From Octopus sinensis (taxonomy: Eukaryota), in NCBI RefSeq assembly GCF_006345805.1, contig NW_021835371.1, positions 1 through 40,714 of the forward strand: a stretch of DNA of 40,714 bases, read 5' to 3'. The stretch's first letter is position 1; each line of letters starts with the position of its first letter. Shown here piece by piece: positions 10,290-23,716 of this stretch. The notes below the pieces were generated by a model. It searched no databases, was not told the origin of the DNA, and saw only the letters and a program-made list of their open reading frames with translations. The translations under genes and the position numbers were made by a program.

Positions 10290-10537
10290 GGTTATTGCTG
10301 AAATTGATGGATCAATCATACAAGTGGCGATTAGAATGTCACAGGAAAGAATTGCAAGACGGATTCTTCGAGCCGAGGAAACTGGCAGGAGACCTAGGAG
10401 TAGACCAAGAACGAGACGGTTGAATAATATCCATAGTCTCAGGTGATCATGTTTGGAAATCCAACCGGAGGCGTCTGAGGACACTACACAATAACCCTCC
10501 CAGGAATAGCAGGTGGAGAAGATGGTTGGATGGATGT
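10290..10537 (+). mobile_element. 3' end of an RTE-like LINE
   Basis: Frame from 10333 reads RMSQERIARRILRAEETGRRPRSRPRTRRLNNI, resembling the G.RPRGRP..RW RT C-terminus; ends in a ggttggatggatg tail. Confidence 0.65.
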
Positions 10538-10551
10538 ATTAAAAATATAAT

Positions 10552-10695
10552 CAGTCATGGCCAAAAGTTTGGAACATAAGTCTGAAAATTAGAATTTTTA
10601 TATTAAATGCCCAAAGTTATATTTGAATCGAATTGTACTTGGGCACAAAAAATGTTGTTTTTTTTTTAAATGTTCAAAACTTTTGGTCATGACTA
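10552..10695. mobile_element. Tc1-like MITE
   Basis: TIRs cagtcatggccaaaagtttggaaca / tgttcaaaacttttggtcatgacta, followed by TA. Confidence 0.75.
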
Positions 10696-10839
10696 TATAT
10701 TTACAGATATGAAATAAAAAAATAATAATAGACAATACAATATAGTTACACACAAATATAATATTTATGCCTACCTGTGCATTCTCAGGACATACATACG
10801 CAGAGGCTAACGTGTGTATGTATATAAGATTGATCTAAG

Positions 10840-11210
10840 GTGCAGGGAACCCATACATTTAAGTATGGTACTCCATTCAATGATGTTACTCCATTCAATT
10901 TATTTGTGAAGATTGGATCTATCTATACTCCGATGTGCAAACTGGTCAGCTTAATATCGCATTAGAAGGATGTATGGATATAATATTCACACTGAGCTTA
11001 TCAACTGAACCGTTGTTTTTATCTAGTGGATACATGTTTCTTTTCTGTACAGTTATTCCTATGCTTGCAGAATCTTTCACCTATACTCTGAGCTGTTTCT
11101 CCCATATATGTTTCAGGGAGATTTCTAATTGGTCCTTCTTGGCATCATATATGATATATTGTGGGTCCAACTTTGCTTTGATCTCAAAATTATCTGTCTT
11201 TAACAGATGA
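10840..11210 (-). mobile_element. Highly decayed GIY-YIG endonuclease relic (Penelope-like)
   Basis: Minus strand reads ETYMGETAQSIGERFCKHRNN (compare YIGET...RF.EH) and downstream SEYR*I; frameshifted. Confidence 0.45.
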
Positions 11211-11785
11211 GAACATACAAAGGACTGATTCTAATGGATCTACTTAGCTTCTTCGTTTTTCTTTTTCGACATTGATATCTCGGTAGATTAGTTATTTCAT
11301 TATTGAATATGACATGTATAAACATTACACTATCAAACTTATTGCTGTGGTACCACTTACTGTCCTTAGCTATTTTATTCTGCTCTCTGCCATTCTATCC
11401 CAACTAATTTATTCCATACAGCCTCCGCATACCTCTGTCTACCTGTCTTTCTTCCTGTCATCTTTACGCACTTCCAACATGTTATAAATTTCGCGTGAAT
11501 TTCTTACAAGATACTATTCCAATAATAACAGGGGGAAATAAACAATTAAAAATATGAATTCCCCAAAATATCTGTAAAATCTCAACTTCGCCATGCAAGA
11601 TTCATCTTAAGGCACCGCCGCACCATTTTATTTTTCTCATCAAAGAAATAGACAAACAATAACAGACAGGTTATATCTTGTTATAAGAAAATAAAACCTG
11701 CTAATGAAAAAGAAAAATCAGTAATCCATTGACGAATAATAATAGAGATGTGACATAAAACAGGCAGAACAGATTATCTTGGGTT

Positions 11786-11822
<37 letters not shown>

Positions 11823-12190
11823 TATTAATAATAATAATAATAACAACAACAATTATAATTATAAATTCATGCATAAAACAAAGCAAGACACCATAATCCA
11901 TTGGATTAATTATTAAACCTTTTGTTTATTTTCGTGTGTTTGTGTTTCTGTATTGTTATATTCCATCAGTCGGTTTTGTTGTCCGGATTATCTTTTTATT
12001 ATTTCCCTTTGTTATCATTAATTCTTACACTGAATGGAGTTTTTCACATTCATTGGATTTTAGCTTAATGTTTTGTTGCTTTGTTTTTTTTTTAATATGG
12101 GTTTGTTTTTGTCGTGTTTTTTTTTTCTTCACAAGGGCGTAATGGCATATTGCAGAAATCTATCGTGTTTCTAACACTATACTAGTAATA

Positions 12191-12335
<145 letters not shown>

Positions 12336-12869
12336 GCATATGTGTGGGTGTATCAATAGGCGTGCATGCACGCAAGACGGTTTATGATAGGTGTACCAAA
12401 TAACCGATGAGATTGTAACAAGCTAAGTATTGTCTACTCGCAACAATTGTATAGGGGGCGAGGGTACGTCTGCGTGTGTTGTGTACTTTCAGCGCCAAAT
12501 CGTCCGTCACCAAAATAGCCATCAGCAAAATAGCCGTTGCCCCATTTCGCTCCAGTTTCATTACGTCTTCACATAATTCTAAGGTGAGGTGGGGATTCTC
12601 AGCACACATGTACGCAGGGCTCGACATGATTTGCTCATGGATTTGGTAGGCGGAAACCGAAAGAAGCTCGTGCCTACATGCGTGTATGTGAGTGAGTCTT
12701 CACGTGTGTTCACCAGTTCGTAAAAAAAAAAAAAAGAAAAAAAAGAGACGTTACGCAGACGGTGCCGGACAGGGTCGTTTGCCTGCAGCCTACTGCGAAA
12801 GCATCTTTGGGCCGTGTCTTGTTCGATAGGTTAAGAGATTATTAATTGGCTTGTAAACAATTGAGGAAT

Positions 12870-12995
12870 TGTGTCAGGAAGAGCATCCGACTGTGGAAGA
12901 TTCTACGTTAACGTACTCTTCTCTGACCCATGCATGCATGGAAATATAAGCATTAATACGACCACGACAATGATGTTGATGATGATGATGAGGAT
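12870..12995 (+). mobile_element. SINE family F 3' tail ending in (GAT)n
   Basis: gtcaggaagagcatccgactgtggaa...tctgacccatgcatgcatggaaa...gatgatgat; a related minus-strand piece (ggttggatgccct) lies at 33050-33200. Confidence 0.5.
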
Positions 12996-13189
12996 GATGA
13001 TACCCCAGATTTCAGAATTGTAGGCGATCGCTTTGTTTTCCTAATGTGTAACGCTGATCCTGAGTAGGTCTACGTACGTAATGAAATAAGTGAATGTAAA
13101 AGAGCCAGACATTCCATACTTTCAAATGTCTCAGACTTAGTTGAACACCAATTCTGCATGTCCCGACATGCAATGGTTTATCTATGGTA

Positions 13190-13707
13190 GTGGTTCTCAA
13201 GCGAGGTTCATATGATTCTTGGGAGTTCATATAAGACTTTTCGGAGTCTGCGGCAGTATTTTAGAGGTTAATGAAAAACTTTTATTTTGTATTTATAACG
13301 AAAAAAAGAAAAGAAAGAAAGAAAGAAAGAAACAGGTTCACACAGTTCAATATGTTTTCAGTCAGTGAAACATATTCTCTCAGAAAGTATGTCCGGTAAG
13401 TTCACCGTTATCAATTCACCGGGTTTTTTTTTTTTTTTTTTTTTGTTTTTGGTCATTTTTTTTCACAATAAAATAGCTTTTAACTATTAATAGTGAAATA
13501 CTATGGATTATATTTTCTCGGTAAACTTTCCTCCCAGTAAGCTTTTCTCACGAGGAGTGAACTTTCACTGCGGCGAATTAATGGCGTTGAACTTACCTGT
13601 AATCCTCGGAGAGTGCTATTGCAAACCCACGCAAGTGAATAGGTGATAAATAAAATAACAATTTTGAAAGAACTATCTATAAAACTTGTTTTTAAGCATC
13701 AAAAGAT
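13190..13707 (+). mobile_element. Older interrupted hAT-type MITE copy
   Basis: tagtggttctcaa start; internal segments (ttcatataaga..., ttttgaaagaactatctataaaa) match 13708-14066 and 30976-31321. Confidence 0.5.
13395..13597. mobile_element. Small IR-bounded non-autonomous element nested in the hAT copy
   Basis: Perfect 10-bp inverted repeats ggtaagttca (13395-13404) / tgaacttacc (13588-13597). Confidence 0.45.
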
Positions 13708-14066
13708 CAATGGTTCTCAACCGGAGTCCAAATGGCATCTGAGGGTTCATATAAGATTTTGGGGGTGGAGATGAGGATTCATGCAACAAAATGGTAAATT
13801 GGGGATCCACAATAGTATTTTAAGGGCCCCTGAAAAAATGCTGCTTTAGATGTATGTATTGGAACGTTATTTCAAGAAATAGCTGGGTTTCTTTCTTGAA
13901 CGTTTTACATTGTTCAACCTAAACAAGTTAATGTGTGAAGAACAAATATGAATTTTGAAAGAAATATCTATAAAATTCGTTTTTAAACATTGAATGGGTA
14001 TAAGAGCCGAATAAAATAAAATTGTAATCAAGGGGTCCATAGATAAAAGATGGTCGAGAAACCCCG
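13708..14066 (+). mobile_element. hAT (Charlie-like) MITE
   Basis: TIR caatggttctcaacc ... ggtcgagaaaccccg; body similar to 30976-31321. Confidence 0.7.
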
Positions 14067-14220
14067 ATATAGATAGTCGGATCCACACATATTTAGCTCC
14101 AGACCAGCATTGATCCAACAGATATAGGATCAAAGGCGTTCAGGAGAGAGAGAGGTCTGATTGGTAACCAGAGTTTCAGTATTTTTCTAGCTATATATGT
14201 AGTTATATATTTGTTTGTGT

Positions 14221-14523
14221 GGAGGTGCAATGGCCCAGTGGTTAAGGTAGCGGACTCGCGGTCGTAGGATCGCGGTTTCGATTCCCATACCGGGCGTTGT
14301 GAGTGTTTATTGAGTGAAAACACCTAAATGCTCCACGAGGCTCCGGCAGGGGGTGGTGATCCCTGCTGTACTCTTTTTCTCACTCTTTCTTCTGTCGGCC
14401 TGCTCACTTAGCCAGCGGGGTGGCGTCATTCGAAGGCTAAAACAATGCGAGCGCATTGTGACCAGCGATGTGTAACAACATCTGATGGTCTGGTCGGTCA
14501 CGAAAAAGAAAAAGAAAAAAGAA
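14221..14523 (+). mobile_element. tRNA(Arg)-like SINE family C2 (head shared with C1, different tail)
   Basis: A/B boxes tggcccagtgg and ggtttcgattcc; A-rich tail; 14-bp TSD with 13/14 match, atatttgtttgt(g/a)t, at 14207-14220 / 14524-14537. Confidence 0.85.
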
Positions 14524-15039
14524 ATATTTGTTTGTATAATATGATGGTCTGACCGTTGCATCTGTGTATATGTTTATCACAATCTTTACACATGGAAAAA
14601 TGTCAAACATTTCTGTTACAGAATTGTGGACATGCGCAGACATCCACAGTTTCACTGCATTTTTTTTCTCTATCCCACTCTTTATTTCTTCATCTGTCCT
14701 ATCAATCCATTTACCTACTTGTTTGTCTATCTATATATCTATCTATTTATCTTTCTATATTATCTATCTGTCTGTGCTGCCCATCCATTTATCTACGATG
14801 TCTTTCTATCAATCAATTTATCTATTTATCTATTTATTTATCCTGTCTATCTATCCTCTCCATTCTTATCTAGCTAGCTACCTATGCTGTCCATCTATGT
14901 ATCTTCCTCTTTGTCTGTTCCTCTTTCTATCTGTCTTTTTCTGTATAACTTCAAAATATTTTTAACCACTTACCAGATCGTTCTGATTCTCTCCCCTTCC
15001 TTTAACCCTCTCTCTGCTCAGTTTCTCTCCCTTTTTCTC

Positions 15040-15830
15040 CCTTTTTATCTCCTCTCCTCTCACTCTTTCTCTCTTTCTTCTTCTTCTCCTTCTTCTTCTT
15101 CCTCTTTTCTTTCTTCTTCTTCTTCTTCTTCTTCTCTTCTTCTTCTTCTTCTTCTTCTTCTTTTCTTCTTCTTCTTCTTCTTCCACCATTCGTATAATAC
15201 AAGGTCAAAGCAACAAGATTTCACCAATTTCTACACAACTTACCATTTATCAGATCTCTACTATTTCTTTATAATCCGATCTTCATGTTTTTTTGCCTCC
15301 AATCTTCTAGCATCTTTTTCCTTCATCTTTTTTTTTTTTATAAAACATATTTCACATTTTTTATTACTTTTTCTTTCCTTTCTCATCTTTTTCCCCCTCA
15401 TCTTCTCCTCTACAAATTCCCTCTTATTCCATATTCTTCTCACTATCTCTCTTAGTTTCTCTTAGTTTCATCTTTGTTTTTTGGTTTGTCTGCGGGTTTT
15501 TTGTTCTTTCTTTTTTTCTTCGTCTTTATTCATACTTATCTCCTTCTTTCATCGTCGTCATTTTCTTTCTTGTCTTAATCTTCTGTCTCCTTCTACCTTC
15601 TTTCTCTTGTTTCCCTTCTGTCAACATTATCATCGTCATCATCACCATCGTCATCAGCACCACAATCATCATCATCTCTCCTATCGGGACAGTCGTCATC
15701 ATCACCATCATCATTATCACCACCAACAACACCATTATCGACATCATCATCATCATCATCACCACCACCTTCATCTCATCTGTCGTCGTTTTCATTGTCT
15801 TTTTTTATTTTCTTAATCTCTTCTTTTTGT
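15040..15830. repeat. Pyrimidine-rich low-complexity block with (TTC)n and (CAT)n
   Basis: Directly visible. Confidence 0.85.
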
Positions 15831-15877
15831 GCTGTCTTCTTCATCTCCCGCGCGCGTCATATTTTCCCATCCTTCTC

Positions 15878-15913
<36 letters not shown>

Positions 15914-16078
15914 CCTCTCTCTCTCCTCGTCTTCCACACAGACCGACAAACTCATACTTGAAATATAAGAATTAAAAAAAAAAATGACAAATTCTTCCCA
16001 AAATCACTCTTCAAACGGATTGCGTTTCAAATAACAGATATGAAAATCAATAACTTTGCTATAGATTTTCTCCTTCCC

Positions 16079-16079
<1 letters not shown>

Positions 16080-16117
<38 letters not shown>

Positions 16118-16197
16118 GTTATTATTATATCATCATCATGTTATTATTGTTATTATTATTATTATTATCATTATTATCATCATCATCATTATTGTTA

Positions 16198-16249
<52 letters not shown>

Positions 16250-16319
16250 CATCATTATTGTTATTATTGTTATTATTATTATTATTATATTATTATTATT
16301 ATTATTATCATCATCATTA

Positions 16320-16367
<48 letters not shown>

Positions 16368-16368
16368 T
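16080..16368. repeat. (TAT/CAT)n microsatellite
   Basis: Directly visible. Confidence 0.95.
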
Positions 16369-16439
16369 TTATCGGTCGTGTTGCTGTTTTCAATCCATAC
16401 TTTAACGCGCGAAATTCTCAGTTCGCAATCCATCAGTCT

Positions 16440-16480
<41 letters not shown>

Positions 16481-16865
16481 GGGCGCACATATATACACTA
16501 CGCATGCATAGAGTCAGCTCTATTACACATATACATGCATTCAAAAAAAAAATTGCAAGTCCTCCTCATCCTCTACTGCGCATGTGCATACACACATACA
16601 CTTGCCCATGTCTCCTACCCGCCCCTCCTACAGACGACTTCACCTCACGTGCGTCATAACTACTCGAAATATAAAAAAAAACACAGACAATATAAAGAAA
16701 AGCACACAAGTATATAAACTAATACACACACACACACACACACCGACACAGAAACGTACATCTTTTCACACTGCCACACATACGAAAACATAAACAGCCG
16801 TATATATAAACACACTTCGTAGAAACTCAAAAATGTGATCACACATAAGTGTGCGATTTGGCACA

Positions 16866-16906
16866 GACAGACAGACAGACAGACAGACTGACAGAGATAG
16901 ATAGAT

Positions 16907-16993
<87 letters not shown>

Positions 16994-17098
16994 TAGATAG
17001 ATAGATAGACAGATAGACAGATAGACAGATAGACAGATAGACAGATAGACAGATAGACAGATAGATAGATAGATAGATAGACAGATAGATAGATAGAC

Positions 17099-17141
<43 letters not shown>

Positions 17142-17158
17142 CAGATAGACAGATAGAC

Positions 17159-17219
<61 letters not shown>

Positions 17220-17325
17220 TAGACAGATAGACAGATAGATAGATAATAGATAGATCGACAGATAGACAGATAGATCGATAGATAGATAGATGATAGATAG
17301 ATAGATAGAGATAGAAGATAGATAA
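16866..17325. repeat. Long (GACA/GATA)n microsatellite
   Basis: Directly visible; GATA resumes at 17541-17675. Confidence 0.95.
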
Positions 17326-17540
17326 GTTTCTTTATTGGCCACACCGGGCTGCACACAGATGGAACAAGTTACAAGGTAGAGCTTTCTTTTGGGGATGAAG
17401 AGAACAAAAAAACAAAAGAAAAAAGGGGTGGCGTAGGGTTTTCGATCAAGAGGATCGTAAAAGGGAAGAAAAGACACAAAACAAAAAAAAATTGAATAAA
17501 ATAAAAAGAAAAAAGAAAAAAAAGGAAAGGAAAAGGAAGA
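17326..17540 (-). mobile_element. Second copy of the LINE-like 3' end inside (GATA)n
   Basis: Minus strand ...agctctaccttgtaacttgttccatctgtgtgcagcccggtgtggccaataaagaaac matches 3525-3682. Confidence 0.6.
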
Positions 17541-17591
17541 GATAGATAGAGAGAGAGAGAGAGGAGAGAGAGCGAGCATGGAGGATGATGG

Positions 17592-17674
<83 letters not shown>

Positions 17675-18456
17675 TTCTATATATCTTATTTAACTCGGAT
17701 ATCCTGTAGAAAGACGGAAGACTACGATATTGGTCTCGAGGAAGCATTTCGTATTGGTGCATAATGTTAAAAAAAGAAACAGAAATCTAGGACGAACAGA
17801 TGAAAAACGTCTAAATACGGCAGTGGATTTGCTAAATCTTGACTTCTTCTTCTTCTTCTTTGAGCGTCTTGATACAAGTGTGTGGTGTGTGTGTGGTGTG
17901 TGTGTGTGTGTGTACAGTCTGTGCACAGCTCTCGCTGCTTGTAGGACGGATACATTTAACGGTCGACCCCCCACCATAAAGATAACCTCACTGCTCTCCT
18001 TTAACGGGCAAGACAAACTGTTCCTTTGTCTGATGGCAATTTTGAAAGCTCTTCTGTAATTCTCTAGGCTGAAAAGCACTCAGAGCAGACATTTTCCATT
18101 TCGGTCAGGTTTTCGTTGACTTTGTCAGGTTCTACCGGGAAAGGAAGTTGGGAGTAGAGAGCAAAGTTCTCCCCTCCAATGAATGGTAAACATAATTTGA
18201 GTGGATGTAACAACTTTAAGTATGCGCCTGTAGTTTCAAGAACAACAACTGAGGGAGGACACTTGCCTATGATGGTCTTATTGATCTTGAATCTGAAGAA
18301 TTCACTGACTGGCCCTAGTTGAAGGTCCTTCATTCGTATACTAGATATATTTTTTAACATCTTCTCTTTACTTTTTTCCGTTCTCTTCGCGCAATTTTAT
18401 GTATCTAAACTCCTCCTCCCAAACACATGTACGCTCTATAAGTAAGCTGTCCATTT

Positions 18457-18619
18457 AGGCGCAGGCGTGGCTGTGTGGTAAGAAGGCTTCTTCCCAATCA
18501 CTTGGTTCCGGGCTGAGTCCCACTTCGTGGCAAATTGGGCAAAAGTCTTCTACTATGGCCTCGGCCTGACCAATGTCTTGTGAGTGAATTTGGTAGACGG
18601 AAACTGAAAGAAGTTAATC

Positions 18620-18625
<6 letters not shown>
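18457..18625 (+). mobile_element. SINE family A 5' half
   Basis: aggcgcaggcgtggctgtgtggtaag...gatttggtagacggaaactgaaagaag, ending in (TA)n. Confidence 0.85.
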
Positions 18626-18668
<43 letters not shown>

Positions 18669-18738
18669 GAACATACTGTATAGATTTGAAACAGACCTGA
18701 TCGACAAATCTCTCGGTACCTTCTCGTTGTATAATCTC

Positions 18739-18830
18739 GGCTCAGTGCTGGTGTGGCAAAAGGTTGGCTCAGCACTGGTTAGGCACAGGTTGGCTCAACG
18801 CTGGTCAGGCAAAAGGTTGGATCAGCCGTG
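18739..18830. repeat. Degenerate 27/26/27-bp minisatellite
   Basis: Units ggctcagtgctggtgtggcaaaaggtt, ggctcagcactggttaggcacaggtt, ggctcaacgctggtcaggcaaaaggtt. Confidence 0.8.
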
Positions 18831-19138
18831 ATCGACAGCTCTGTTGACACCTCATTGTATAACCTCTGATCAACACTGACATACCAGTCCCAACATATTG
18901 ATTTTCTTTTGCTCATATACTACATAAGACTATTTTATTCGCTTTAAACATCCTTTTTTAAAGAGGCCGTAATTTGATATACTTGACACGACTGTTATTT
19001 TTAGCAAGTCAATAAACTGCCTAGAAAATTTCCATAGTAAACTTACGAAACAGTGGTTGTAGTAGATTTGATAGAGAACGCACTTCAATCAATATTTCTT
19101 TTAATTTGTTCGTTATATGAAATATTTTACTTTCGAGT

Positions 19139-19292
<154 letters not shown>

Positions 19293-19389
19293 ACGGTCTA
19301 GACATGTGTGTTGACAACTTGTAAATTGCTCCGAGTGATGACAAATGCTTGCTAACCAATCAGTGTAATATAGACAAGACTACTTGGGA

Positions 19390-19900
19390 GATGTATGGGT
19401 GTGTGTGTGTGTGCGTGTTTGTATGTGTGGGTGGGAATATGTATGTTGTGTGTGTGTGTGTATGTGTGTATGTTTGTGAGTACGTGTATGATACGCATGC
19501 TGCGTTAACGTGTGATGTATGCATATGTGTGTGTGTATCTTTATATAGCTTTGAGGTGGATGTACATATATATATATGTATATATACATATATTATGTAT
19601 CATACATATATCATATACACATGAATTTATATATATATATATATATACATACTTGTGTACATATATATATATATATACATACATACATGTGTACATATAT
19701 ATATATTACATACTTACGTATATATATATATATGTATCTATGTATGTATGTATATATGTATATGTATGTGTGTGTATGTATATTTAATTTAAACATCTAT
19801 GTTTACAGGTTTATATGTTTCATATATTTGCGTGGGTATGTATGTATATGCATAAGATGCATGGATATGCATAAAAGTGTGTATACATTCTATGTGTGTG

Positions 19901-19937
<37 letters not shown>

Positions 19938-19960
19938 TGTGTGTGTGTGTGTGTGTTGTA
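19390..19960. repeat. Degenerate (TG/TA)n low-complexity tract
   Basis: Directly visible. Confidence 0.9.
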
Positions 19961-20199
19961 TTTCTTTTCTTCATTGATGTGCTCTTCTTAACCTAACAAC
20001 ACTTAACATCTAACTCGAATCCTGCCATATTATCTAAAACCAGCGGCATTTCAATCTTGATTTGACATTTACGCTGCAAGCTTCTAGACAAGACAACACG
20101 AAAAGATGTAGCACTGAAGGCATTAGGCAGCTGTCCTACTTTGATAGGTGGTTTATAAGAAGGCCCTCTTAACGCTGGACCATACATCCGTAAAATATG

Positions 20200-20238
20200 G
20201 TGTGTGTGTGTAGATATAGCATATATATATGTATATAT

Positions 20239-20291
<53 letters not shown>

Positions 20292-20467
20292 CGTATATAT
20301 ATATATATATATACAGACGTATATATATATATATATACAGACGCTATTATATATATATAAATATATATACAGACGTATATATATATATATTATATATATA
20401 TGCAGACGTATATATAAATACACACACATACATATATACATATATGTATATATTACGTCTGTGTGTA

Positions 20468-20511
<44 letters not shown>

Positions 20512-20550
20512 GTATATGTGTGTGTGTGTATGTATATATATATAAAGACG

Positions 20551-20581
<31 letters not shown>

Positions 20582-20607
20582 ATTGTGTGTGTATTATATA
20601 TAACATA

Positions 20608-20653
<46 letters not shown>

Positions 20654-20689
20654 GCATATATATATGGACACTTTCTACATGTATGTGTG

Positions 20690-20732
<43 letters not shown>

Positions 20733-20770
20733 TGTGTATATACACACACACACGCACACACACATACAGA
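20200..20770. repeat. (TA)n/(TG)n tract with repeated atatacagacgt units
   Basis: Directly visible. Confidence 0.9.
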
Positions 20771-21004
20771 GCAGTATCATACAATGGGCAATCATGTCTC
20801 TTATACACTACTGTACCGCTTATCTGGCTTCCGGAAATCCGGGAACGTTGTGCAATATTGTGCAATGTACCCTCTATTGGCCAAACAGATCCTGTTGGCT
20901 AAATTGCATACACCGTGTTAAAACTAGGTTTGGTCTATACTTTTTTATGTGAACTAATAAGCACTAAACATACTCTGCTGAAGAAGTGTTTTGATTTGTG
21001 TCTA

Positions 21005-21400
21005 TCTTTATATATAAAAGTGAAGTTGTGTGTCAGTCTCCTACGATTTAGATTCCTAACTACTCCCACATTTTGCGGTGCAGTTTTACCAAAACCGGGT
21101 ATCTTATAGTCGTGATTCATATCGAGCCCTTCTGGGTATTAGCGCGCGTCTACGATGAGTCAACGATTTTTAAAAAATTTAACATCATTTTTTTCCATTT
21201 TAATGCATTTTTTCGCTATTATATAAGGGAAGTAACTCTCTAAAAATGTCTACGATGAGTCAACGATTTTTAAAAAAATTTACCATCATTTTTTTTCCAT
21301 TTTTAATGCATTTTTTGCTACTTTTTGGCTATAACTCTCTAAAAATGCTTATATAGTTATTTCCCTTACAAACCCGAGCAACGCCGGGCGATACTGCTAG
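21005..21400 (+). mobile_element. Non-autonomous Helitron (copy 2 of 3)
   Basis: A|TCTTTATATATAAAAG ... hairpin CCCGAGCAACGCCGGG (21373-21388) ... CTAG|T. Confidence 0.9.
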
Positions 21401-21739
21401 TATCTGTTAAATAAAATCACGTTCTTCATTCTTCTTCGTTTAATTTTCATTATATAAACATTATACTGTATAATGGTTCAATATAATGTATTTTAAGAAT
21501 TTTTAGACCCTACTTAAGAAATTTATTAATTTGAATCTGTTAAATAAAATTCAGTTCTTTTCTTTTCATAGTTCGTTTTATACTAAAAGAAAACCCCAAA
21601 AAAAAACCCAGAAATCTGGATTACTTCCAGCCCCAAGTTTGCCGTATATATTGCCCGGTACTATATTAATATAGAGCACTGGTTCCTAAACATTTCGAGC
21701 TGTTACCCCCTTCGCACCCATGCCACGTTCCTAATTCTT

Positions 21740-21837
21740 AGCTGGTACTTATTTCATCGACCTCGAATTTGAACTCAGAACGTGAGAACGGACGAAATGC
21801 CGCTAAGCATTTTGCCCAGTGTCAGCTCGCCGCCTTA
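21740..21837 (-). mobile_element. Deleted SINE B copy
   Basis: gctggtacttatttcatcgacctcgaatttgaactcagaac...cagctcgccgcc. Confidence 0.7.
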
Positions 21838-22380
21838 TTACCTCTACATATATAGACGGCAAAATGTATGTGTGTGTGTCCTGTATACAAATCCACAATT
21901 TTTCAGTTAGAGGGCTCGCACCTTCCATGATCATTCAAAACCGTCCAAGGGTGGTCGTGCATATCTTTACACTTCCCCAGTCACCCCGCAAAGCCATTAA
22001 AAAAATCAATAGAAATGACTTTTTTGTAAATTTTCTATCCAAAACCCAATCAAAATGCCCGAAACTTGATACGCCAATTGAATGCCAGCTAGCTGTATGT
22101 GATTGGTCGGAGATTTGGACAGTACTCGCGTGTAAGTCCTGGGGTCGATTAGCTCGACTAAAAGGCGGTGCTCCAGCATGGCCACATGTTCATGGATGGA
22201 ACGTCTTTCGTCGTAGGTCTGTTTGATCCCGACTGACTGGGAACCCAAATAACAATATCTGGAACGTTAGTCATTCATTCGTGTGACTTGCAACATTTTA
22301 TAGGTTCGAAACACTCACGGCTGACCCAGGGCTACATAACAAAATTGATGGAAATCTGTTTATTTGGTTCAATATTTATT

Positions 22381-22617
22381 TACTCTTTTACTCTTTTACT
22401 TGTTTCAGTCATTTGACTGCGGCCATGTTGGAGCACCGCCTTTAGTCGAGCAAATCGACCCCGGGACTTATTCATTGTAAGCCCAGTACTTATTCTATCG
22501 GTCTCTTTTAGCTGAACCGCTAAGTGGCGGGGACGTAAGCACACCAGTATCGGTTGTCAAGCAATGCTAGGGGGACAAACACAGACACACAACCACAGAC
22601 ACACAAACCACACACAC

Positions 22618-22653
<36 letters not shown>

Positions 22654-22816
22654 GACAGGCTTCTTTCAGTTTCCGTCTACCAAATCCACTCACAAGGCAT
22701 TGGTCGACCCGAGGCTATAGCAGAAGACACTTGCCCAAGATGCCACGCAGTGGGACTGAACCCGGAACCATGTGGTTGGTTAGCAAGTTACTTACCACAC
22801 AGCCACTCCTGCGCCT
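22381..22816 (-). mobile_element. Full-length SINE family A (tRNA head, internal microsatellite, (GAGTAAAA)n tail)
   Basis: Near-identical to 28424-28838 and 36778-37190; approximate TSD atttattt/atttgttt. Confidence 0.9.
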
Positions 22817-23099
22817 ATTTGTTTATTTTTGTGAATCCTGAAAGTGGTGGTGGTGGTGATGGTGGTGGCAAAGGGTGTGGGGGAGTTTGTGAATGGATGG
22901 GAGGGATTTGAGGACAGGAGATCAAGCTGTAGAAACTCGCTTTAACGCAGTAATTCCAACTGTTCCATTAAAGGATTAAAGTACTTTGGTGGAAACTTTT
23001 TTAAAATTCTTCATGTTAAAGGCTGCCAGTATGTGCGCAGGCGCGCGCGTGTTTGTGTGCGTGTGTGTATGTGTGTGTGTGTGTGTGTGGAATGCTATA

Positions 23100-23685
23100 A
23101 TGATGATGGTGATGATGATAATGATGAGCAGTGGTATTTATTGGTGATGGCGGAGACTGCAAGCCAAACAAAAAAATAGGTGGTAGTGGTGGTTGTGGTG
23201 GTGGTGGTGGTGGTGGTGGTTTTGGTGGTGGTGGTGGTGGTGGTGATGGCGGCGGTAGTGATTGTGGTGGTGGTGGTAGTGGTGGTGGTGGTGGTGGTAG
23301 TGGTGGTGGTGGTGGTGGTGATGGCAACGGTGGCGGTGGCGGTTGTAGTAGTGGGGGCGGCAATTATGATGAATCATCCTTCCAGACAGCACGTTTCACT
23401 GATGGTGATGTTGTGATGGTGATGGTTTAAAAGCCCTTCTACTGTGCAATATTGTTGTTATGACGATGATGACGACGACGATGATGATGATGATTGTGAA
23501 GATGGTTGTGAAGATGGTTGTGATGATGGCGATGATGATCACCATCATCGTCGACAACAGCGTCATAAGAGTAATAAGTAATAAACATATTAGGAATGAC
23601 CATGATGATGTAGATGACGATGATGATGATGGTGGGGGGGTGATGATGGTGGTGGTGGTGTTGGTGGTGATGATGGTGATGATGG

Positions 23686-23716
<31 letters not shown>

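Noticed and set aside
12493-12583. Possible + exon (tttcag|...aag|gtgagg, open frame AKSSVTKIAISKIAVAPF...)
   Set aside because: Built from repeated caaaatagcc units typical of non-autonomous DNA elements, and its phase does not join the other candidates.
13588-13606. Minus-strand CAG|GTAAGT
   Set aside because: It is the inverted repeat of a small transposon and lacks a pyrimidine tract.
18064-18360. 98-aa minus-strand ORF (MLKNISSIRMKDLQ...)
   Set aside because: No recognisable motif, no convincing splice signals, and a length expected by chance.
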